Shown here: in pieces, positions 19,776-29,705 of the stretch
How positions within the stretch are numbered: position 1 is the first letter of the stretch
Layout of the letters: the number at the start of each line of letters is the position of its first letter
Made by a program: the position numbers and the translations under genes
The notes under the pieces: generated by a model
What the model was told of the DNA's origin: nothing
What the model saw: the letters and a program-made list of their open reading frames with translations, nothing else
The model's database searches: none
DNA from: Tagaea sp.
GTDB lineage: Bacteria; Pseudomonadota; Alphaproteobacteria; CACIAM-22H2
Reading direction: 5' to 3'
DNA length: 64,000 bases
Assembly (NCBI GenBank): GCA_965279525.1
Contig: CBDIIB010000004.1
Span: 1,280,001 to 1,344,000, forward strand

Positions 19776-20674
19776 CGAAGGCAGACGTCCAGACGATCGG
19801 TCGTCACGAGTCCGTCGCGATCCACCATGGCAATGCCGTCACAGGCGAATGCCCGTTCTGGGACGTCCGTTCCGGCATGCTGTGGTGGGTCGATATCCAG
19901 GGACAACGACTTCTTGGCTGTTCGCCGGACAGCGGCGAGACGGTCGAACACGCGCTTCCGAGCATGCCGGGGCTGCTGGTGGGGCGAAGGAAAGGTGGGC
20001 TGCTCGTCGGCCTCGAAGACGGCCTCTATCCATTTGATCCCGCTGGCGGGCTCGGTGAACGCATTTTCGCCGTCGAGGACGACATGCCGGCGACGCGGAT
20101 CAACGAAGGCAAGCCCGATCCAGTCGGCAGGCTCTGGTTCGGCACGATGGACAAATCCGGATCCGGCGCACCGCTCGGCTCGCTCTATCGGCTCGACCTT
20201 GACGGTCGCCTGACACGTGTCCGCACGGAGGTCCGCATCCCGAATGCGATTGATTTCACGACGGACGGATCCCAGTTCTTTTTCTGCGATACGCGCAGCC
20301 GGACGATCGAGGTCGCGGCATACGATCAGGTAGCCGGAACTGCCGGCGCGCCGCGAACGTTCGCGCAGTTCGCCGAGCCCGGCGCACCAGATGGCAGCTG
20401 CATCGATGCCGAAGGCGGACTTTGGGTGGCCGTGATCGACGCCGGTAGGATCGAGCGGTTCCGGCCGGACGGCACGCTCGATCTCGTCGTGGAACTTCCG
20501 GTTTCGCGCCCCACAATGCCCACGCTCGGCGGGCCTGACGGACGCACCCTGTTCGTGACGTCCCAACGCCGCGTCCTGTCCGCGCAGGAACTCGCCCGCC
20601 AACCGCTTGCCGGCGATCTCATCGCAGTCCGCGTACCCTATTCCGCACGCCCGCCTTTCCTCGCCGCGTTCTAG
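19772..20674 (+). CDS. SMP-30/gluconolactonase-family sugar lactonase
   Basis: GECPFWD, WWVDI, RINEGKPDP.GRLWFGTM, PNAI, PDGSCIDAEG motifs. Confidence 0.9.
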   Translation: MTKADVQTIGRHESVAIHHGNAVTGECPFWDVRSGMLWWVDIQGQRLLGCSPDSGETVEHALPSMPGLLVGRRKGGLLVGLEDGLYPFDPAGGLGERIFAVEDDMPATRINEGKPDPVGRLWFGTMDKSGSGAPLGSLYRLDLDGRLTRVRTEVRIPNAIDFTTDGSQFFFCDTRSRTIEVAAYDQVAGTAGAPRTFAQFAEPGAPDGSCIDAEGGLWVAVIDAGRIERFRPDGTLDLVVELPVSRPTMPTLGGPDGRTLFVTSQRRVLSAQELARQPLAGDLIAVRVPYSARPPFLAAF

Positions 20675-21030
20675 GACTGGCCCGCGCGCAGGCTGAATAC
20701 GCGTTCCAGCGCGATCCGCAGCGGGCCATCGCCGTCCTGGAGGAGAATGTCGGACATGTACGCCTGCCAGCGCCGCCAGACCGGGTTTCCGCGAAACGCA
20801 TCCATCTGATGGTCGGCACGACGAACGACAAACGCGAACAGCAGGCCATACTCGCGCATCAGATGGATTTCGAAATGGAGAATGCCTGCGCCTTCGATCG
20901 TCGCGCGCATTTCCGGCCATATCTCGTCGTGCCGCTTCTCGTACTCGGCCTCGGTGCCCGGCCGCAGGCGCAGGCAAAAAGCGATACTCTCGGCCGCAGG
21001 CAACGGCCCGATCAGGTTAACGGCGTTCAT
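20671..21030 (-). CDS. L-rhamnose mutarotase-family protein
   Basis: EYEKRHDEIWPEM and WRRWQAYMSDI are hallmark RhaM-family segments. Confidence 0.85.
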   Translation of the reverse strand: MNAVNLIGPLPAAESIAFCLRLRPGTEAEYEKRHDEIWPEMRATIEGAGILHFEIHLMREYGLLFAFVVRRADHQMDAFRGNPVWRRWQAYMSDILLQDGDGPLRIALERVFSLRAGQS

Positions 21031-21060
21031 ATGCCCTCCTTCAATCGGAAAATCGGCACT

Positions 21061-21081
21061 TGAGATATGACTGATATCTCA
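21061..21081. promoter_or_regulatory. Inverted repeat TGAGATAT-N5-ATATCTCA (candidate GntR operator)
   Basis: Perfect 8-bp arms between the divergent mutarotase and GntR genes. Confidence 0.7.
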
Positions 21082-21096
21082 GTTATAGATCAAGCC

Positions 21097-21747
21097 ATGA
21101 GCCAAGCGATGCTACGTCACAAGGCCTATGACCGATTCAAGGAGCGGCTTTTCGCCCGCGCCCTTGAGCCAGGACAATTCATCACGCAGCGCGAATTGAG
21201 CGAGATCGTCAAGATCCCCATCGGTCCGCTTCGCGAGGCGCTCAAGAAGCTCGAAGCCGAGGCCCTTGTCCGGCTGATCCCGCAGCGCGGCATCCAGATC
21301 GCTGACGTGAACGTCACCCTGCTGAACGAAGCCTTCGGACTGCGCCGGATACTGGAACTTGCGGCCGCGCGCCATTTCGCGGCGGAAGCGCCGATGTCGC
21401 TGATCCGCGATCTCGAGGCGCAGACCGCTCGAGTGTTGAAGCGTATTCGCCCGAACCCGGATCGAGAGGCGCTCGACGAGGCACTGCGGGTCGACTGGAT
21501 GATGCACGATCTGGTGATCGACCGGCTCGGGAACCGAACGCTATCGGACGTCCATCGCCTGAACTTCGACAAGATCCGTCTTGCGCGACTGCACCGCCGT
21601 TTCACGCCGGAGCGCGTGCGGCCGGCGATCGAGGAGCACATGGCCGTCATTGCCGGGTTCCGCGCCCGCAGCCCGGACGCCGCCGCGGCCGCCCTCGACC
21701 GCCATCTGACCATCGCTCACCAGAGGGCGGTCGGGTTGGCACCATGA
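21097..21747 (+). CDS. GntR-family regulator (FCD domain)
   Basis: QRELSE..PLREALKKLEAEALV; DWMMH, EEH; start placed after the operator. Confidence 0.9.
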   Translation: MSQAMLRHKAYDRFKERLFARALEPGQFITQRELSEIVKIPIGPLREALKKLEAEALVRLIPQRGIQIADVNVTLLNEAFGLRRILELAAARHFAAEAPMSLIRDLEAQTARVLKRIRPNPDREALDEALRVDWMMHDLVIDRLGNRTLSDVHRLNFDKIRLARLHRRFTPERVRPAIEEHMAVIAGFRARSPDAAAAALDRHLTIAHQRAVGLAP

Positions 21748-23219
21748 CGAAGCGGCCCAACCTGCTATTCCTTTTCTCCGATCAGCATGCTTTCCATGTA
21801 GCGGGATGCTACGGCGACCGCATCGCGAAAACGCCCAATCTTGACTCGCTAGCGGCATCCGGCGTTACGTTCGATGCCGCCTACTGCCCATCGCCGATCT
21901 GCGTTCCGTCGCGCATGTCGATGCTGACGGCATGCCATCCCTCCACTCAGGATTGCTGGACGAACGACGACTTTCTCGCCTCCGACCGGGCGACCTGGCC
22001 GCATGCCTTGGGGGCCGCCGGTTATCGACCCATCCTGATCGGCCGATTGCACGCGATGGGCCCGGATCAGCTGCACGGCTATGCTGAGCGCGAGATCGGC
22101 GATCACAGTCCAAACTGGGCTGGCGTCCCGCGCCACGACATGGGCGTGCTCAACGAAACGAATGATCCGCACCGCACGAGCGTCGTGCGCAGCGGGTCCG
22201 GCGAAAGCGCCTACGAAATCAAGGACCGGGATGTGACCCGGGCCGCAGTCGCGTGCATCGATCGCCTCGGCACGCAGCGTAGATCCGGAAATACCGAGCC
22301 ATTCGCACTATCCGTTGGATTCATGCTGCCCCATCCGCCCTATGTCGCGACCAAGGCGGACTATGCGCTTTTTTCAGGAAAAGTGAGCCCGCCGCGACTC
22401 GCGGCGCCCTCACCGGACAGCGAGCATCCGTGGCTCGCTTGGTGGCGCAACAACAGGGGTATCGAAACTGTCGATCCGGAAGATGCGCATCGCGCACGCG
22501 CCGCATATTACGCACTCACATTCAGGCTCGACGCGATGATCGGCGAAGTACTCGACGCACTGCATCGCAACGGCCTCGCCGAGGATACACTGATCGTCTA
22601 CACGACGGACCACGGCGACCAGATCGGCGAGCGTGGACTTTGGTGGAAGCACACGTTCTACGAGGAGTCCGTTCGGGTTCCGATGATCCTGTCCTGGCCC
22701 GGGACGATCCCGGCCGGCCAGCGCCGCTCTCAGGTCGTCAACCTCGTCGATCTGTCCGCGACAATGCTCGCGGCGTTGGGCGCTCCGCCCCTTCCTGGTT
22801 CGCAAGGTCGCAGCTTCCTCGACGTGGCAAAGAACGGTGACGCGCCTTGGCTCGACGAAACCGTATCGGAATACTGCACCGATGAAGTTCCGGTTTGGAC
22901 CGGCGGAATGGCCGTGCGCCAGCGCATGCTGCGCCGGGGCAGGTGGAAGCTCGTCTACTATCACGGATATCGCCCACAGCTCTTCGACCTCACGACGGAT
23001 CCCGACGAATTATGCGACCTTGCGGAATCCCCGACACATGCATCGGTCGTGGCAAGCCTGCTGGAACGTCTCCTGTCGGACTGGAACCCGGACGACGTGG
23101 ATTTGCGGATGCGCGCACGCCGCCGCAACAAGGACATGATCGGCGCCTGGGCACGCCGAACGAGCCCGCCCAACGCCTATCTCTGGCCAACGAAGCCAGA
23201 GCAGAACCGCCTCGATTGA
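21744..23219 (+). CDS. Sulfatase-family hydrolase (choline-sulfatase-like)
   Basis: PNLLFLFSDQH, CVPSR motif, LPHPPY, TTDHGD, WWKHTFYEESVRVP; no signal peptide. Confidence 0.92.
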   Translation: MTKRPNLLFLFSDQHAFHVAGCYGDRIAKTPNLDSLAASGVTFDAAYCPSPICVPSRMSMLTACHPSTQDCWTNDDFLASDRATWPHALGAAGYRPILIGRLHAMGPDQLHGYAEREIGDHSPNWAGVPRHDMGVLNETNDPHRTSVVRSGSGESAYEIKDRDVTRAAVACIDRLGTQRRSGNTEPFALSVGFMLPHPPYVATKADYALFSGKVSPPRLAAPSPDSEHPWLAWWRNNRGIETVDPEDAHRARAAYYALTFRLDAMIGEVLDALHRNGLAEDTLIVYTTDHGDQIGERGLWWKHTFYEESVRVPMILSWPGTIPAGQRRSQVVNLVDLSATMLAALGAPPLPGSQGRSFLDVAKNGDAPWLDETVSEYCTDEVPVWTGGMAVRQRMLRRGRWKLVYYHGYRPQLFDLTTDPDELCDLAESPTHASVVASLLERLLSDWNPDDVDLRMRARRRNKDMIGAWARRTSPPNAYLWPTKPEQNRLD

Positions 23220-23269
23220 AACTGAAACAACGGCCGACAGAGCCGAACGACGCAAGGAGGAAAACGAAT

Positions 23270-24295
23270 ATGCTCAAGAAACTGATCGCCGCATTCGCGC
23301 TGCTTGGCGCGAGTGTTGCCACGGCCCAGCCACTCGAGATCAAGATCGGCGCTGCCTATGCTACCGACCATGCCGCCGCTTTCATCGGCGTCGAACGCGG
23401 CATATTCGCCAAGCACGGTCTCGACGCGAAAATAGTCATGTATCAGACCGGCGTCGAGATGATCAACGGACTGCTCGCCAACGCGCAGGACGTCAACATC
23501 ATGGGATCAATTCCGTTCCTCGCAGGCGTGTCGCGCGGGCAGCCCATCGTCCTGATCGGCCATCTGCACGGCGACGCGCTGTCGACGAACTACTCGCAGA
23601 ACAACGCGCTGATCACGACACCGCAGGGCGGTGTCCGCAAAGACGATCTTCAAAGCCTGCGGGGCAAGAAGATCGGCCTTGCGCGCGGAACGGGCGCGGA
23701 AGGTTATCTTCTCGGCATTCTCGCCCAGGCAGGTCTCAAGGACACGGACATGACGCTCGTGAATTTGCGCCCAGCCGATACAGCCACGGCTCTTCGCCAG
23801 GGAGACGTGCACGCTGTTGCGGCATGGGAACCATGGGCGACCGTCACGACACTTCGCACGCCCGGCGCCATCGAGATTATCCGGGGCAACTGCAATAGCT
23901 GCTATGATCCGGGATCCATCCTGACCACACGCGCGACGATCGCCCAGAAGTCGGAACAGCTCCGCCGTTTCATGGTCGCATTTTCCGAGTCGCACCAGTG
24001 GCTCCGCCAGAACTACGACGCGGCAGCGGAAATCAACATGCGCTGGATCACCGGGATCGAAATGGACATCATGAAAGTGGCCATCCGGAACTCCCTCTAC
24101 GATCTCCGGGTGACCAAAAACACGCTCGAAGGCTATGACAAGAAGACGATTCCGGCCCTGGTTGCCGACAAGCGGATGGCGCGTTCGCTGCCCGCAGCGA
24201 GCGTCGTAGATGCCCAATTCTACAAGCACGTCGAGGCTGTTGCACCGCAGTTTTTCTCCGATCTGAAGCCGGTCCCGGCGGACCGCCGTCTCTGA
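23270..24295 (+). CDS. ABC substrate-binding protein, SsuA/TauA-like
   Basis: AGGAGG RBS; Sec signal; LRGKKIG, ALRQGDVHAVAAWEPW motifs. Confidence 0.88.
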   Translation: MLKKLIAAFALLGASVATAQPLEIKIGAAYATDHAAAFIGVERGIFAKHGLDAKIVMYQTGVEMINGLLANAQDVNIMGSIPFLAGVSRGQPIVLIGHLHGDALSTNYSQNNALITTPQGGVRKDDLQSLRGKKIGLARGTGAEGYLLGILAQAGLKDTDMTLVNLRPADTATALRQGDVHAVAAWEPWATVTTLRTPGAIEIIRGNCNSCYDPGSILTTRATIAQKSEQLRRFMVAFSESHQWLRQNYDAAAEINMRWITGIEMDIMKVAIRNSLYDLRVTKNTLEGYDKKTIPALVADKRMARSLPAASVVDAQFYKHVEAVAPQFFSDLKPVPADRRL

Positions 24296-24308
24296 GAAGG
24301 TTGGAGAG

Positions 24309-25097
24309 ATGACGAATGTTCGGATCGCCGCACGCGATCTAAGACTGGAGTACCGCGACGAGACGCGTGGCGAGCGTCACGTCGCGGTCGACCATCTGTC
24401 GCTCGACGTTCTCGCCGACGAGTTTTTCTGTGTCGTCGGTCCGAGCGGTTGCGGCAAGTCCACGCTGATATCGGCGATCGCGGGCTTCCTCAAGCCGCGT
24501 GCCGGAACCCTGACTCTCGACGGGAAATCGATCGACGGACCCGGGGCCGACCGCGGTGTCGTATTTCAGGAGTATGCCCTACTCCCCTGGATGACGGTTC
24601 TCGACAACGTGGCCCTTGGCCCCAAACTGAAGGGCGTTCCGAAAGCCGAGCGTCATGAACGTGCGCGACACTATCTTGAAATGGCGAACCTGGCGGACGC
24701 AGCACAGAAGTATCCCCACGAACTTTCGGGCGGCATGAAGCAGCGTACGGCCGTCGCGCGGACGCTGGCAAACGAGCCTGAAGTGATGCTGATGGACGAG
24801 CCGTTTGCGGCGATCGATGCGCAGACGCGAATGACCCTCCAAGAGGAGCTGCTCCGCATCTGGGCCGCCGCGCGGATTACGGTCCTTTTCGTAACGCACA
24901 GTGTCGAGGAAGCCTGTTTTCTTGGCGACCGGGTAGCCATTCTCACACCCGGACCTGGTCGCGTGAAGGAGATCGTCGACGTGCCGATCGCCCGCGACCG
25001 CCGCAGTTGGGCGGAACTGGGTGCCGATCCCGAGTTTACCCGCATCAAGGATCATGTCCTTGCGTCGGTCCGCGGCGTGGACCGACAGGCAGCATGA
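24309..25097 (+). CDS. ABC ATP-binding protein, TauB/SsuB type
   Basis: GPSGCGKS, LSGGMKQR, LMDEPF, VTHS. Confidence 0.95.
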   Translation: MTNVRIAARDLRLEYRDETRGERHVAVDHLSLDVLADEFFCVVGPSGCGKSTLISAIAGFLKPRAGTLTLDGKSIDGPGADRGVVFQEYALLPWMTVLDNVALGPKLKGVPKAERHERARHYLEMANLADAAQKYPHELSGGMKQRTAVARTLANEPEVMLMDEPFAAIDAQTRMTLQEELLRIWAAARITVLFVTHSVEEACFLGDRVAILTPGPGRVKEIVDVPIARDRRSWAELGADPEFTRIKDHVLASVRGVDRQAA

Positions 25098-25417
25098 TCG
25101 ATCGCCGGCATCCGTTGTTCCGGACTTTCGCTTCCACAATGGCCGTACTCGCCGTCGCTGCGGGATGGACGGCGTGGGGGCGCAGCCACGCCGACTCCCT
25201 CGCCCAAGCAGGCGGGGTTGGAACAGCCAAGGGTCACTACATCGTCACGCTGGCGTTTGCGCCGGAAGGATTTCACGTGACTCGTCTCCAGGCAATCGGA
25301 CGCCTGATCGAGGTGCGCGGCTCGGAGATATTCCTGATGGATGTCGATCCAACGGCACTACGCGAAGCCGCAACGGCCTACTGGGTCCGCGGGGTTCGGC
25401 AATGGCCGGGTCGATAG
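25094..25417 (+). CDS. Small uncharacterised membrane-anchored protein inside the ABC operon
   Basis: ATGA-coupled to the ATPase and overlapping the permease start; one N-terminal hydrophobic segment; 107 aa. Confidence 0.65.
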   Translation: MIDRRHPLFRTFASTMAVLAVAAGWTAWGRSHADSLAQAGGVGTAKGHYIVTLAFAPEGFHVTRLQAIGRLIEVRGSEIFLMDVDPTALREAATAYWVRGVRQWPGR

Positions 25418-26220
25418 CGTCGTCCGGGATTCCACTGCGCAAGAAGCTGGAGCGCCCTGCCAAAGGGGCATTTGGCATCCTGCTTTTCCTGCTGGCGTGG
25501 CAGGTCTCGGTTCCGCTTGTCGGGCTTGAGCCCTATTTCTACCCGGCACCGTCCGACGTCGCGGCCGCATTCGTCGATCTGGTGCGCAAGGGGATTCTTC
25601 CGGTCTATGTCATCGATAGCCTGGAGCGCTATACCGTTGGCGTCGCGATCGGTGCGTGTGCCGGCATCTTTTTCGGAATCCTCATCGGGCTCAACGCGAC
25701 CGCCTCGCGGCTCCTGTCACCGACGATCAACTTCCTTTTCGCGATCGTTGAGGTCGCATGGATACCGATTTTCGTTATCTGGTGGGGCTACGGTTACAAG
25801 ACGATCCTCATCGCGCTGACATACGTGGTGTTCTTTCCAGTCGTCTACAACACGCTGGTTGGAGTGCGGACGGTTCCGCAGCCATTGATCAATGCCGTCC
25901 GGGTTCTTGGCGCGAACCGATGGCAGGTCCTGACCAACGTGATCCTTCCGGCTGCCCTGCCGAGCATAATTACGGGTCTGCGTGTTGGCGCCGGCTTTGC
26001 GTTCCGAGGGCTGATCTTCGCGGAAATCGTCGCGGCAAAAACCGGTCTCGGCTATCTGATTTTCGAAGGAGCGCAGACCCAGCAGACGGCACGTACGATC
26101 GTGGGCATGATCTCGGTCGGTCTGCTCTGGTTGTTGATCGACCAGTTCTACCTGAAGCCACTTGAGCGGGCGACCATCGAGCGCTGGGGCCTCGTAATCG
26201 AGGCGGAGCAGCGCGCATGA
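25402..26220 (+). CDS. ABC permease, TauC/SsuC type
   Basis: YPAPSDV, VAWIP, NAVRVLGA, PAALPSIITGLRVG motifs. Confidence 0.9.
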   Translation: MAGSIASSGIPLRKKLERPAKGAFGILLFLLAWQVSVPLVGLEPYFYPAPSDVAAAFVDLVRKGILPVYVIDSLERYTVGVAIGACAGIFFGILIGLNATASRLLSPTINFLFAIVEVAWIPIFVIWWGYGYKTILIALTYVVFFPVVYNTLVGVRTVPQPLINAVRVLGANRWQVLTNVILPAALPSIITGLRVGAGFAFRGLIFAEIVAAKTGLGYLIFEGAQTQQTARTIVGMISVGLLWLLIDQFYLKPLERATIERWGLVIEAEQRA

Positions 26221-26978
26221 AAGCCGATTCGCTGATCGGGCTTGTTCCGTTCGGGCTGGCGCTCGCGGCCTGGGCGATTCTGCCCATGGTGATTGACTAT
26301 CCATCCTACATGCTGCCGCCACTGCCGGACGTCTGGATCCATCTCCAGGAGATCGTGTCGGACGGAACTCTCGCAGACCATGTCGTCAGCTCTCTGGGCC
26401 GGCTCGCGCTCGGCTTCGCCCTAGGTGCCGGCATTGCCGTACCGCTCGGCATTGCGATCGCGCTCAACCGGCACGTCGCCGACACTCTGAAGCCTCTGTT
26501 GACGTTTCTCCAGTCGATCGCCGGGATTGCGTGGGTTCCGCTGGCAATCATCTGGTTCGGAATCGGTATCGGCTCCGTCGTCTTCGTCATCGCGAACACG
26601 ATTTTCTTTGCTACGCTCTACAACACGGTCGTCGGCGTACAGGCGATCCCTCAGGCGCTGCACCGGGCGGTCCGTTCGCTGGGTGGACGCGGACTTAGTC
26701 TTGCCACGGTCCTGATTCTGCCCGGCGCCCTCGTCCAGCTCATCGTCGGTTTCCGTACCGCAATGGCCTACGGATGGCGTGCATTGGTCGCCGGCGAGAT
26801 GATCGCCGGGACCAACGGGCTCGGATACATGACGATCGAAGCGGTTCAATGGTATCGCACAGAAACGGTCCTGATCGGCATGATCGCAATCGGACTGATC
26901 TGGTTGGTAATGGATCGTCTCGTATTTGTCCCGATCGAGCGCGCGACGGTCCAGCGTTGGGGGATCGTCCAGCGATGA
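26217..26978 (+). CDS. ABC permease, TauC/SsuC type
   Basis: QSIAGIAWVP, WRALVAGEM, GLGY motifs. Confidence 0.9.
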   Translation: MKADSLIGLVPFGLALAAWAILPMVIDYPSYMLPPLPDVWIHLQEIVSDGTLADHVVSSLGRLALGFALGAGIAVPLGIAIALNRHVADTLKPLLTFLQSIAGIAWVPLAIIWFGIGIGSVVFVIANTIFFATLYNTVVGVQAIPQALHRAVRSLGGRGLSLATVLILPGALVQLIVGFRTAMAYGWRALVAGEMIAGTNGLGYMTIEAVQWYRTETVLIGMIAIGLIWLVMDRLVFVPIERATVQRWGIVQR

Positions 26979-27910
26979 AAATCCCGTACGAGCGCCTCGG
27001 TCTTGGCGGTGCCGCTCTCGGCGTGCTCTTCAACCCTGTCGACGATGCGGACGCCCTGGCCGCGATCGACGCAGCCTGGGATGCAGGCATACGGACGTTC
27101 GATACATCCCCGCTCTATGGCGGCGGACTATCCGAAGAAAGACTCGGCCGCGCGCTATCGCGACGGCCGCGCAACGCCTTCTTCCTGTCGACCAAGACAG
27201 GTGTCAACCGTCCTTACGGGCAGGCTGCCGCCCCGCCGGGTGGGGCCCGCCGGGCAGCCGACGTCTGGGACTATTCGCCGGATGCGACACGAAGCTCCGT
27301 GAAGACCAGTCTCGGGCGCCTGGCAACCGACCGGCTCGATCTTGTCCACCTCCACGATGTCGAAGGCCGGACCGATGCAGCCATGGCCGCTTATCCGGAA
27401 CTTGAGCGCCTGCGTTCGGCGGGCACGATTCAGGGCATCGGGATCGGGGCGAACAAAGTCGAAGCACCACTTGATCTGATGGCACGGGCGCACTTCGACG
27501 CCGTTCTTGTGGCAGGCCGGTATACTCTTCTTGACCAAACGATGCTCCATCTCGTTCCGCTCGCCGAGAATGCCGGGACGCGCTTGATCGTCGGTGGCGC
27601 CTTCAATTCGGGCATCCTTGCGACCGGTGCAGTTGCCGGCGCCATGTTCCATTATGACCCGGCGCCGGCAGGCATTCTGGACCGAACAAGGGCGATTGAG
27701 GGGCACTGCGCAGCCCACGGCGTCCCCTTGCGGGCGGCCGCGCTGCAGTTCCCGCTGGCCCATCCGGCAGTCCATACGCTTCTGCTCGGAGCACGCAACC
27801 CCGCCGAACTCCGGGACTGCCTGGAAATGCTCGCGTTCCCCATTCCGGCAGCCTTCTGGCATTCGCTTCAGCAGGCTGGACTCGTCGACCGAGCATGTCC
27901 GCTGCCATGA
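26975..27910 (+). CDS. Aldo/keto reductase (D-threo-aldose/L-fucose 1-dehydrogenase-like)
   Basis: FDTSPLYGGGLSEERLG, LSTK, HLHD, AGRYTLLD, AAALQFPLAHPAV. Confidence 0.85.
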   Translation: MKIPYERLGLGGAALGVLFNPVDDADALAAIDAAWDAGIRTFDTSPLYGGGLSEERLGRALSRRPRNAFFLSTKTGVNRPYGQAAAPPGGARRAADVWDYSPDATRSSVKTSLGRLATDRLDLVHLHDVEGRTDAAMAAYPELERLRSAGTIQGIGIGANKVEAPLDLMARAHFDAVLVAGRYTLLDQTMLHLVPLAENAGTRLIVGGAFNSGILATGAVAGAMFHYDPAPAGILDRTRAIEGHCAAHGVPLRAAALQFPLAHPAVHTLLLGARNPAELRDCLEMLAFPIPAAFWHSLQQAGLVDRACPLP

Positions 27911-28743
27911 TCGACGCACACATCCATTTCTGGGACATGCGTCGACAGGACGACATCCTGATCGTCCGTCGCGAGCCGTCGCTGGCACGTCAGGCCATGC
28001 CGGACGACCTGCGGCCACTGATGGCCGATGCCGGGGTGAACGGTGCCGTCGCGATCCAGTCGGCGCCGGACTTCGGCGAGACAGACCATCTGATCGAGGT
28101 CAGCGCGCGCACGGCCGAGATATTTGGAATTGTCGGATGGGTCGACCTTGCGGCAGACGAGGTGCGCGAGCGCATCCGCGCTCTTGCAGCACGGCCGAAA
28201 ATCGTCGGCGTACGCGCGATGCTCAACCGCGTCGATCCGGTCGGCTGGCTTGCCGAAGATCGGGTTCGTCCGGGTCTCGCGGCACTTGTCGAGGCTGGTC
28301 TCTCACTCGATGTCATCGCACGCGCCGAACATGCGCCGGCGATCGCAAAAGTGGCCGCTGCACTTCCCGACCTCCGCATCATCGTCGACCATGGGGCGAG
28401 CGCACCTTTGCGTCGATCCGACAGGCAGGACTGGCTCGAGGCTATCGAGCAGATCGCGGCCTTTCCATCGATTTCCACGAAGTTTTCCGGACTTGCCGAA
28501 GAAGCTCCTGAGAGTTGGGCTCCGGAGACGCTCGAACCGGCATTCCGGCACTTGCTTGCTTGCTTCGGTCCGGCCAGAATCATGTGGGCCAGCAATTGGC
28601 CGGTCATCAATCTGCGCGGCGGTTATGCCGGCTGGGCTTCGGCCAGCCGGACCCTGCTCGACAGGGCCGCGCTGGCACATCATGATCGGCAGGCCATCGA
28701 AGATGGCAATGCACGACGCATCTACAGGATCGCAGCGGTCTAG
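27907..28743 (+). CDS. Amidohydrolase-2 family sugar lactonase (L-fucono-lactonase-like)
   Basis: IDAHIHFW, VGWVDL, IVDH, KFSGL, FGPARIMWASNWP. Confidence 0.82.
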   Translation: MIDAHIHFWDMRRQDDILIVRREPSLARQAMPDDLRPLMADAGVNGAVAIQSAPDFGETDHLIEVSARTAEIFGIVGWVDLAADEVRERIRALAARPKIVGVRAMLNRVDPVGWLAEDRVRPGLAALVEAGLSLDVIARAEHAPAIAKVAAALPDLRIIVDHGASAPLRRSDRQDWLEAIEQIAAFPSISTKFSGLAEEAPESWAPETLEPAFRHLLACFGPARIMWASNWPVINLRGGYAGWASASRTLLDRAALAHHDRQAIEDGNARRIYRIAAV

Positions 28744-28746
28744 CCA

Positions 28747-29652
28747 CTAGGATTTCCCCGCATAGCGGATCTTGACGCCGGCCTCTTCCTCGCGCAGGCG
28801 CACGACACTCGAGATGTCGTCGGCGTCGTATCCCTTGTCGCATGTCTCCTTGAGCGACGCCTGCAGGCCTAGACCCACCGGCGTACCGACACCGGCGTCT
28901 TTCGCCATTGCCAGAGCCAGACGGACGTCCTTTGCAGCCAGCCTTGTCATGAATCCGCGCCGGAAGTCGCCCACAAAGCTCTTCACAGGCTGGATCTTGA
29001 GAAGGTGCGCGCTGGAGGCTCCCGTACTGCCGACCAGTTCCACAATCTTCTCGAGCGACAGTCCGGCTTTCATTCCGAAGGCGAGAGCTTCGGCGTGCAG
29101 CGCGAGAATCCCGGCCGAGACGTAGTTGTTGACGAGCTTGAGGGCGTGACCGTTACCGAGCGGTCCGGCATGGACGATGTAGTTCCCCATTACGTCTAGG
29201 ACCGGGCGAACCTCGGCGACATCCGCCAGCTCCCCGCCGACCATGATCGCAAGAGTCCCCTTCTCGGCGTCCTCGACGGCACGTGCCACGGGCGCGTCGA
29301 CCATCCGTGCGCCGGCCGCATGGATCGCTGCGGCAATTCGACGGGTCGTGCCAGGGTCGATCGTACTCATATCCATGTAGATCTTGCCCGGCCGGATCGC
29401 AGACGCGATCCCGTCGGGCCCTGTCGCGACGGTCTCGACGTCCGGCGAGTCCGGAAGCATCGTGATCACGATATCGCTTGCCGCTGCGACCTCTGACGGT
29501 CGCCTCATCGCTCGCACGCCACCACGCACGAACGCATCCATAGCCGACGCATTGCTATCGCAGACGATCAGAGGAAATCCGGCCTTCTGGATGTTACGTG
29601 CCATCGGCGCTCCAATCGTGCCGATGCCGATGAATCCGATGGTCATTTTCAT
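28747..29652 (-). CDS. NAD(P)-dependent beta-hydroxyacid dehydrogenase (YihU-like variant)
   Basis: GFIGIGTIG, DMST, DAPVARA in place of DAPVSGG, KLVNN, KD. Confidence 0.85.
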   Translation of the reverse strand: MKMTIGFIGIGTIGAPMARNIQKAGFPLIVCDSNASAMDAFVRGGVRAMRRPSEVAAASDIVITMLPDSPDVETVATGPDGIASAIRPGKIYMDMSTIDPGTTRRIAAAIHAAGARMVDAPVARAVEDAEKGTLAIMVGGELADVAEVRPVLDVMGNYIVHAGPLGNGHALKLVNNYVSAGILALHAEALAFGMKAGLSLEKIVELVGSTGASSAHLLKIQPVKSFVGDFRRGFMTRLAAKDVRLALAMAKDAGVGTPVGLGLQASLKETCDKGYDADDISSVVRLREEEAGVKIRYAGKS

Positions 29653-29705
29653 GTCAAACTCCGTTCCTCGTCGGATTGGCGCCTCACTAGCGGTGCCGCG
29701 TGAAC

